Shown one piece after another: positions 55,348 to 64,000 of a stretch of 64,000 bases of DNA. The notes beneath the pieces were generated by a model that was given only the letters and a program-made list of their open reading frames with translations, was not told the origin of the DNA and made no database searches. Numbering within the stretch: the first letter of the stretch is position 1; each line of letters begins with the position of its first letter. A program made the translations under genes and the position numbers. The DNA is taken from positions 21,948,001-22,012,000 of the forward strand of contig OZ024740.1 in NCBI GenBank assembly GCA_964016885.1, read 5' to 3'. This DNA is from Eledone cirrhosa (lineage: Eukaryota).

Positions 55348-55763
55348 GAGCAGAAAACTTTGTAATAGTCAGACCAGTAAAAGAATGTGAACTCAGAGAT
55401 TAAATACACTCTGTAGTCAGCCATTCTATAATCACATTTTCTCCAGTTGCACTCTCTCTATAGTCACATTATACTGTGACTATAGAGAGCATTGTTAGCA
55501 GAATGTAAACCATGTGATATATAATGGATTATCTAACTATAGCTCTATGTGTGTGTGTGTAGGTGTAGGTGTGTATACAAGATATGTGTATATGTGAGTA
55601 AAGATACACTGTATCCCTGTCTGTCATAAGAAGTGATTAAAAGAGCATCTGGTTGCAAAACATTACCTCAAAAAGTCCCTTCCAGCCCATGCCAGTATGG
55701 AAAAGTCAACATGAAAATGATATAATATATATATATATATTACATCATCAATTCATGTTGACT

Positions 55764-55769
<6 letters not shown>

Positions 55770-55843
<74 letters not shown>

Positions 55844-55868
55844 TGTGTGTGTGAGTGTGTGTGTGTGA
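55770..55868. repeat. (GT)n microsatellite
   Basis: Direct inspection. Confidence 0.97.
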
Positions 55869-56000
55869 GTCGCAGGTTCAATCAGGGGTAACCACAGTAA
55901 GGTACTCAATACATTAATAGAGTGTAAACATCATGTTTTAATATTGAATGAAACAGTACTAGTAGTCCTGTAGAAGCCATTTGTATATTAAACATGATAT
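55868..56000 (-). mobile_element. PLE-like terminus with an inverted 5' part
   Basis: 55870-55925 is the reverse complement of ~13940-13990, while 55946-55985 matches 13880-13915 forward. Confidence 0.55.
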
Positions 56001-56424
56001 ATATCATATCATATAGTTATTTATCTCCCTATCTATTCATCCATTAAATATAATACATCTATACCTCTCTCTCTATAAACCATCTATATTGTGTGTGCAG
56101 GACGTTCCTTAAATTCAATCTATGGAAAAGGCCAGTAGGTCAGCCCTTCTCAGAACAAGCAGAATTTGGTCACATACCTTTAGTGGCTTTGATGAGAATG
56201 ATAACTGCAATAGTTTGTTCTTTCAATTGTTTCAGATACATTGTCTTGAGATCAATATATCAATAGGAAACTGAGGTGTAGTGTCATCATCACACTAAAT
56301 AAAACAGTGCACAGTTGTGTCATAGGTTCCCTCCATCCTCTGGCTATTACTTAGAGAGAATGGAAGAATGTTGTAACATCTAAGTGACCCCTAGTTGTAA
56401 AAAGGGCACAGAATCTCTGGCATC

Positions 56425-57405
56425 AGGCATCTACCATACTCTGAATGCCTTGCTTCCCTGGGCATGGATACATTGAAGCTCCAAGTTCTGGCAACTGACT
56501 TGGTAAACACCCACAAAAGTATTAACCATCTTGCTAACAACAACCCTGAGCACCTTTTTGAATTCTATGTGTCTAACACACGTCAGAATTCCAATAAAGT
56601 CAGAAAACAGCACAGATCCCATGACTTTCGGAAACATTTTTTCATGCTCAGAGTTGCTGGAGCATGGAACAAACTACTTGCATCAGTTATTAGCTGTCGA
56701 GACACTGCATCCTTTAAAACCTCCATGGAACAAACTCCCTGCATCAGTTGTTAGCTGTCGATACACTGCATCCTTTAAAACCTCCATGGAACAAACTACC
56801 TGCATCAGTTGTTAGCTGTCGAGACACTGCACCCTTTAAAACCTCCATGGAACAAACTACCTACATCAGTTGCTAGCTGTCGAGACACTGCATCCTTTAA
56901 AACCTCCATGGAACAAACTACCTGCATCAGTTGTTAGCTGTCAAGACACTGCATCCTTTAAAACCTCCATGGAACAAACTACCTGCATCAGTTGTTAGCT
57001 GTCGAGACACTGCATCCTTTAAAACCTCCATGGAACAAACTACCTGCATCAGTTGTTAGCTGTCAAGACACTGCATCCTTTAAAACCTCCATGGAACAAA
57101 CTACCTGCATCAGTTGTTAGCTGTCGAGACACTGCATCCTTTAAAACCTCCATGGAACAAACTACCTGCATCAGTTGTTAGCTGTCAAGACACTGCATCC
57201 TTTAAAACCTCCATGCTTCCTGAGATTCGCCAACACTACACCTAATACTCCCCCTCTATACACACATACACATGTATATCATGACTCATACACTATTCAC
57301 TTCCCAGACATTTTTATATTATTCTATGTACTATACATGCACCTTTGATGAGTTATAGTGCACCTGAGCATTGTACACAATAATTTCATTATTATCATTA
57401 TTATA
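56425..57405 (+). mobile_element. CR1-group LINE 3' fragment
   Basis: RKHFFMLRVAGAWNKL.ASV.SCRDTASFK fits the CR1-type ORF2 C-terminus. (ATT)n-like tail at ~57390. Confidence 0.75.
56663..57211. repeat. 61-bp tandem repeat x9 inside the LINE ORF end
   Basis: Unit CATGGAACAAACTACCTGCATCAGTTGTTAGCTGTCGAGACACTGCATCCTTTAAAACCTC. Confidence 0.95.
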
Positions 57406-58417
57406 AGTCCTTTGGCTATTATTTAGAAGGAATGGAAGAATGGTGTAACAGCTATAAGACCTCTAGTTGCAAAAAGGCCACAGAATCCACAGGTATGTGA
57501 TGGTTGTGAAATATTTGGTCTGAAACAGATGTGTTTTTCAATAGCTGTGGCAGTGTCTGAGCAGTTCTTGGCAGGAACTACACTGCTCACTCGGCATCAG
57601 GAAATGGGTAGAAAACATAGATTAACCATAACCTGTCTTAGATTCTCCTACTGGATCTCTGCAGCTAGAAGAGTCTTTCCATTTTAGTGGGTGGGGGAAA
57701 AAATGATTCCATATTATAACCAACACCGTTTAATGTCCACTTTTACACGATAGCATGGGTTAGATGAATTGTCCCATTGAGATCAGATGTAGATATCATG
57801 ATGAAAACCACCTAGTCCACACTGTAAATGAGGTTGGCATTAGGAAAGGGATCCAGCTGTAGAAACCAAGCCAAAATTTGTGGTAAAATGGGAGGTTAGC
57901 TTTTATACACCATCTAAACAATGTGTTTTCACCTATCTCTAAGACATAAAATAGAGGGGTTGGATTATATTTGAGTTTAACCCGTTAGCATTTACATTAC
58001 TCTATATTTACTATGTATTTTCTGTAAAGGCTTTACCTCGCATAATTATCTCACATAATGTCGAATCTATGAGATTTTTATATTTATTTTGAGAACAATA
58101 GCTTAACATAAGTATGAACGGCTAGTTACAGCAGGTTTGAAAAGAAAGAGGTGAGAGAATTCTGGCCAAATACGGCAGGCTTAAATGCTAAGGTGTTAAA
58201 CGGTAACAAAATTTGGACCACTATTGTGAAACTGAGTAGCTTACAGTGGAATGTTTGCTAGCCCACATATCTAGGGAATTTGGCCTGCTTCAGTACATTT
58301 GACAATGAGACAAGCTGATGAAAATCAGTTTAACAGTTTCAGCAGCATGGCAGTTGATGTACATACATTCCTTTGAAAAGAAAAAAAGAACTATCAGAAG
58401 AGCCATTGTTATATTGT

Positions 58418-58586
58418 GAAGGCACATGGCTTAGTGGTTAGAGCATTGGGCTTGCAATCGAAAGGTTGTGATTTCAATTCTCATACCGGGTGATGTGTTG
58501 TTTCCTTGAGCAAGACACTTTATTTCACATTGCTCCAGTTTACTCAGCTGTAGAAATGAGATGATAAGACTGGGGTCCCTATCATT
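58418..58586 (+). mobile_element. tRNA-head SINE, 3'-truncated
   Basis: Matches 1263-1432. Confidence 0.85.
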
Positions 58587-58676
58587 AAATCACCCAAGAC
58601 ACCTCCAACGAGATATACCTTGGAGGAGGCCAGCTAAACCTGCATATGTGTGAGCTGTCACAGACCATTGTTATGT

Positions 58677-58868
58677 ATGAGGTTCAGCAGAAAAACTCAT
58701 AGGCTGTCTATAAAGGAGTGATGTTAGAGCTGTGAAATCTTGTCTGTCATTAATTTCAACTCTTCTTATTAATAACTGCACTGTTTCTTTCCAGGGACAA
58801 TGTTGAAAAATAAACCTCATTTTGTCATTTCATGAGAGTATCTTGGTCAGCCTGTGAGCTTTGCAGGT
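58677..58868 (-). mobile_element. Mariner-like MITE (family of 51930-52268)
   Basis: Reverse-complement match, e.g. CATGAGAGTATCTTGGTCAG and AAGGAGTGATG. Confidence 0.65.
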
Positions 58869-59158
58869 CTGCAATGATCTGGAGAAAGACTGATGAGATT
58901 TGATTAAAACTTACATTACTGGAACTTTATTTAATCGACCTCAGAAGGATGAAAGGCAAAATTGACCTCGGCAGGATTTAAACCCAGAATGTAAAGAACC
59001 ATAACTAAGGATGCACTCCATAATGTGACTAACTTAACATAGAAATCCAACTTGCTCTAAAGTGATGTCGGTGATGGAAATGACGCCAGTAGAAAACCAA
59101 TACGGGGTCTCTATCAGATCCAGTTAAGTCAAAACAGCTTCAACAGTGCCAAAATAAT

Positions 59159-59339
59159 GGTTTCTGATTTAAGCACAAGGCCAACAATTTTTTGGAAAGG
59201 GAAAGTTGATTTTATCAACCCCGTAAGGATGAAAGGCAAAGCTAACCTTGGTAGGATTTCAACTCATAAAGGGCCATAACGCTATTCAACAAAGCATGTT
59301 GTTCGATGCTCTACCGATACTACCAATTCACCGCCCTCC
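59159..59339 (-). mobile_element. Meta/MESC-like SINE with an 18-bp TSD
   Basis: CAACAGTGCCAAAATAAT at 59141-59158 and 59340-59357. Confidence 0.85.
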
Positions 59340-59854
59340 AACAGTGCCAAAATAATAAACTGACATCCACCAGCATGGAACACTGCAGCACCTTTCAAAA
59401 CACATGTACTGTAAAGGTATGGCAGGACACCTTGGATATTCTAGCAAAAAAAACACCAAGATGGGTACCACACCAAAATAACAGTTTCTGATTTAGTTAC
59501 AAGGCCAACAATTTGTGGGAGATTTGATTGCATTGAAACAGCAAAAGACAACCATATAAACAACAGATGATGAAGTATATCAGACAGTTTACGAAGATTA
59601 ATAATAATCTCAATGAAAAAAAGATTATTCCAGCTGGGAGTCCATAAATCTTAAATACATTGAATTAGCAGTGGTACAGATTTAGCTGTTTCCCATGTAT
59701 AGTAATGGAATCACATGACCTCATCAGTTACAACAACAATAGCACCAATAGCAACTACAGTAGCAGAAGTAGAAATCAATGAAGGAATCTCTTAAAAATG
59801 GCTCAACCTAGAGGTACCGGCCAAATCTCCCTCAAATGAAATAAGAACACATTA

Positions 59855-60045
59855 AATAATTATTTCTACTTTTGGCTCAAGGCCAGCAATTACCACAGTG
59901 AATTACTGGAACTTTATTTTATCGACCACGTAAGGATGAAAGGTAAAGTTAACCTCGGTGTGATTTGAACTCAGAACGTAAAGGGGCATAACTATGGTGA
60001 AAAACATGGTGTTTGACGCTCTACTGATACTGCCAATCCACTGCT
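59855..60045 (-). mobile_element. Meta/MESC-like SINE
   Basis: Reverse complement of the 26028-26228 family. Confidence 0.8.
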
Positions 60046-60210
60046 GTAGTCCAGGGTACATAACTCCTGAAAGAAGACTAGATGGTAATGGCTTGAATGC
60101 CTTTGATCATCGGTTTGCTGAATTAGGGTTGACCTGGGGCTAAGCAGTAACAATAACAACACCATCACTACCAATGAAAATAACAACAACACAAAACAGT
60201 AAAATCCCAA

Positions 60211-60456
60211 GTGTGTCACCGAATACAGCGGTCGCTCTCCGACAGGTTTGCGGTTATACCTTTGGCAGTGGAGACTTCTGGTGTCCTCGGCCCTAGGGCT
60301 ACCTCCCTACTCACCACCATAGGCACTGAGCTGGCCAGCCACAGGTGTGAGTCTTGCGAGTTGGAATGGCTTTTCCAGCGCGTCTCTCTTGCCATCCTCC
60401 GGCGAAACGCCTTCTCTATTCTGTTCACCGGGGCTGTGGGGAGGCCACCAATATGA
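60211..60456 (+). mobile_element. 3' remnant of an RLE-type (CRE-like) non-LTR retrotransposon
   Basis: PLAVETSGVLGPRA...WLFQRVSLAILRRNAFSI fits the PxAxETxG..QRxSxAIxRGNA C-terminus of CRE-like elements. Confidence 0.75.
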
Positions 60457-60655
60457 TTGACTGACTTGTCATTTTATCAGTCAACAGTTGCTGTCATTAA
60501 CAACTGTATGTCTATCCAAGATTCTACTTCATGTTGAGTAACTAACGACCAAAGCCAATCAGTTGGCAGCATTCTGATGATGCCTAGGAATTTCAGTTGC
60601 TAATGTTCTACTCCACCAATGAGTCTAAAGAGTAAGACTCCAAAGAGACCCCATA

Positions 60656-60822
60656 CAGGGTTAGATTTAGACCGTGGGGGGCCTGGAGCACTTCAGGTTG
60701 GGGGAGGGGGGGAGGCTCATACACAAAAACTTAGAATACACAGCAAACCCCCACCACCACCAATTTTACATATCACAAGGACCGGGGCAATTGCCCCCTT
60801 TACCCTCCATTAAATAGCCTTG
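60656..60822. mobile_element. Degenerate hAT-like MITE
   Basis: CAGGGTTAGATTTA ... GGGGCAATTGCCCC ... TAAATAGCCTTG. Confidence 0.45.
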
Positions 60823-61290
60823 TTCGTAAGTATCACTAGAAGGGAAGCTCTTATATAGCTATTTGACCTGCTAGAAATCATCTCCTATTGACTGAAAAAG
60901 GGAAGGATACTGTGTTGCTAGAGATGGTGTTGGTACTGGCAATGGGGGTGATGTTTGTTATTTAGTCCTGATCAAGTTGATGTATGATCACAGACGTTCC
61001 ATCCATGACCATCATGTTTCCAACTTGAAGGTTGTCATGATTGCAGATGTGACACTAACCATGAAGTGACATGCTAACACTGCAAAGTGGTCGTTTTGGG
61101 ACGACAATAAAAGACAGTACATACTTTAAATGTGGTTGGCATTAGGCAGGGTATCCAGCCTTAAAAACCAAGCTGAAATCAGTTTTGTATGAGCAAGACA
61201 CGGCCATCAGATCTGGCTTGTCTCACAACAGAACAACTCATTTAACCCATACTAGTGTGGGAAAATGAACATTAAATGGTGATGATATAT

Positions 61291-61654
61291 ATCATCATCA
61301 TCATCACAGTTTTACGTCCGTTCTTCCACGCTAGCATGGGTTAGACGGGTTGTCCTGTTGTGGGCAGTGTCTGGTCGGCTGACCATGCCTTGCTCATACA
61401 GGAACTGATTTGGCTTGATTTCTACAGCTGGATGCCCTTCCTAACACCAACCTCATTTACAGTGAGTGCTGGGTGCTTTTTCGTGGCACCTACACGTCCA
61501 CTTTACAGTGTGGGCTGGGTGCTTTTTTGCCATGGCACCTCCACGACCACCTTGCGGTGGGGGTGTGGGGGCATATTGTCTATATGCTTCAGCTTGTACC
61601 CATGGGAGGTCGGGTACTCTGTATTACTGCGTGACGCCAGAAGTCACGGTCGTA
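61291..61654 (-). mobile_element. RTE family C 3' fragment
   Basis: Reverse complement of 13192-13560. Confidence 0.88.
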
Positions 61655-61667
61655 TATATATATATAT

Positions 61668-61757
61668 AGTAATAATAATAAATTTGAAGACTAAAATCCA
61701 AAGAGGGCTCGATAAGGATAAATATATATCAAATATATAAGAACCGTAGAGCAAATA
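61668..61757 (-). mobile_element. PLE-like extreme 3' end (family of 7802-8292)
   Basis: Reverse complement of 8200-8292. Confidence 0.65.
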
Positions 61758-62187
61758 TATATATACATTCATGTACAAAGATGTGTTATGAAAACCCAGC
61801 CTGTGACTAATCTATCACTACAACTAAAAATATTGTATATTGGTGTCAAGAAGGTCATCCAGCCATAGAAAGCAAAATACAGATCTGTATAAGCAAGACA
61901 TGGTCTCCAGACCTGATTTGTCTATTAACATGACAACCTGTCTAATCCATGGTAGCGTGGAAAAATGACAATGATGATGATACACAAGTATATATAATAC
62001 TTTCATGAGGGCGTACAGTAAAGCAATAATCCTAATTTGTAATGAACTAAAAATATTTCTTTTGAAAATCTGTAGAAAACTTTAGGAGTCGTCTTCATGT
62101 TTTCTTCCATTCTATCTGGTTTTTACTGAGAGTATTTTATTTTATTGTCTCCTTCTATGAGGGATATGTGTGTGTATATATATATAT

Positions 62188-62386
62188 CTAGACAATGTGT
62201 CAAGGAAAACCGTGATATTGTCGGGGAGAAGTGTGTCCATAATGATAATGGTGTACTTGCGCTCACTGATACTGATAAGAAGATAGCCTGGAAGTGTCAC
62301 TACGAGAGACTATTAAATGAGGAGAATAAATGGGAAAAAGATAGTCTGCCTCCAATAGAAGGACCAGCGGTGCAAGTTAAAGGTAG
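62188..62386 (+). mobile_element. RTE family A internal fragment, cut by the LTR
   Basis: RQCVKENRDIVGEKCV...PIEGPAVQVKGS, homologous to 37007-37213. Confidence 0.88.
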
Positions 62387-62790
62387 TGTAGCAAGAGTTG
62401 CCTCCCTTGTTGTGACAATCACATTACCACTCTCTAGACAGGAAGTAGCTGGAGTTACTTCCCGTTGGGGTGGCAGAACCCTTTTTGTCACTTCCGTCCT
62501 GGGATCCTATAAAAGGGATACTCAGGGCGATCTCACTCTCTTCTAACTAGCCTGGCCCTTCGGCCAGGCGTCTTCGGCCAGGCGTCTTCGGCCAGGCGCG
62601 TTCGCTTGGCAACCCTAACATGGTCTCTTGCGAGTTAACTTCAAAACGGTAACAAATAACTTTACTTCATTCTTTCATCTACCCATGGACATGTCAACTA
62701 TTCTATTCTACATAACTTCAACTTGTTAATTAAACTTTATACACACAACAGTCTCCTGTTATATTCATACACACCAGCATCAATGTTATA
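62387..62790 (+). mobile_element. Probable 5' LTR of an LTR retrotransposon
   Basis: Starts TGTAGCA exactly where RTE homology ends. TATAAAAG at 62508, ATTAAA near 62728, ends TGTTATA, PBS follows. Confidence 0.7.
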
Positions 62791-62792
62791 AG

Positions 62793-62804
62793 TGGTGACC
62801 CCCG
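62793..62804 (+). promoter_or_regulatory. Primer-binding site, tRNA-Trp-like
   Basis: TGGTGACCCC(C)G, 2 nt after the LTR end, complementary to a tRNA 3' end ...GGGGUCACCA. Confidence 0.65.
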
Positions 62805-64000
62805 AAAAAAGAAAAAAATAATAGGATCTGGTGTTGTGAGGGTATGGAAAAAAGAAAATTAATTAGCAGTACCCCATTTTCATTGGAATGTGTGGACCAA
62901 CATTTCGAACACGCAGCAAACTTTATTAACAAACTCGGAAAAATACGCAGACACAGAAGCGAACACACGCACATGTGAAATTCTCGTTCAGACAGACTCT
63001 TTTTCTCTCACGCACGCGTCGTACATCAACTAAATGTCGCATTTCACTGGATGTATATATATATGTTTTCCGTTTCTTCTTACAACGAACATTTAAAAAA
63101 AAAAAAAAAAAAGAAATTTGACTTTTTTTTTTTTACACATTTCAACATGAACATTTATTTTCGCTGAATCTCAACTATTGCTTATTCTTTCCGCCAAGCT
63201 TTTTTCATCATTCACAAAAAAGTTGTACTCGCCATATTTGTTATACCAAGTGAAGCCTTTCTTTCTTTTTCATCATATTATCACGTTCACACACAAATTT
63301 TTCAAAATGGCTGCCAACGACCTGTTGCACTATCATTTTCGCGCCAATTTCTCGCGCAATAGAAATATATATTTTTTTTCAACTTGACTTTAACCTTGTT
63401 TCAGCATGTGTGCAGAGCACACATCTCGACTCACTGAGATAACACACGCCATAGATAATGTTTCTTGCCAAGGATTCTCCAGCCTTAAGCTATATTCTCC
63501 TATTTGCCGGTTTAAAAATTTACCTCGTAAATTTGCCATTGAAAACTGCGCATTTATTCAGAATGCTTATTTCTTTGGTCGCTGGCCTCTTGACTCTTCC
63601 AGGTCAACGCATTCTCAACATCGACCATCAACTTTGGCTGTTATTTCTAGCACTTTGCGCAACTCATTTTTTTTTCTGGGAAACTTTGTACGGTGAATTT
63701 AAACAACATCGAATACGCTCACTCCGCGAGACAACAACATCAACAACAACACAGCTTCATCAACAACCAAAACCAGCAGAACAAGCCAGAGAATTTATTT
63801 TTGCAGCACTCTTCCTGTGAGAAAATCCCACCAAATTTCACGATGTACCACAGTCTAGAGACCACCTGCATACATTCTCTGGAGGCACACTTTCTTTCCT
63901 GCTGTCATGTGATTGCACACCAGTAAACTGTATTTTGAACATTTGAACTTTGACCTCTTCTTTTAATTTGATTACATTGTATCTTTGGGTGATGGATAGA

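Noticed and set aside
53361-55424. 687-aa poly-Thr mucin-like ORF
   Set aside because: 15-bp satellite whose opposite strand is equally open. No supporting exon structure.
55454-55489. 15-bp-arm hairpin CTCTCTATAGTCACA/TGTGACTATAGAGAG
   Set aside because: Real but isolated. No link to an element or function could be supported.
60570-60600. CTGATGA motif (also at ~58316, and CTGACGA at ~148)
   Set aside because: No correctly placed stem II, GAAA and stem I.
63178-63926. Short ORFs downstream of the PBS as gag
   Set aside because: No zinc knuckle or capsid-like motif recognisable by eye.

Overview
Eukaryotic, repeat-saturated non-coding DNA (intronic or intergenic). The mix of tRNA-head SINEs with RTE-type tails, Meta/MESC-like SINEs, RTE LINEs and multi-kb (TA/CATA)n arrays suggests a coleoid cephalopod, probably Octopus (inference, no search run). 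No intact host gene is supported; one candidate signal-peptide exon lies at 25483-25576 (-). Long YI, poly-T, poly-V, poly-H and poly-G ORFs are microsatellite artefacts. Recognisable elements: several RTE LINE families (best copy 36520-39248), two young inverted CR1-type fragments, a full-length decayed DD37D (maT) transposon, a CRE-like endonuclease remnant, an LTR with a PBS, MITEs, many SINEs and several satellites. Most notable: (i) five minimal type-I hammerhead ribozyme motifs plus one decayed full one in short Penelope-like termini that share an ATTGAGTACT-like box and often carry fold-back inverted ends; (ii) a ~605-bp non-autonomous RTE-like element present three times, always inside TA arrays, keeping a C2H2 zinc-finger mini-ORF; (iii) strand asymmetry of TA-array interruptions over ~40 kb. 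Boundaries were read by eye and are approximate.
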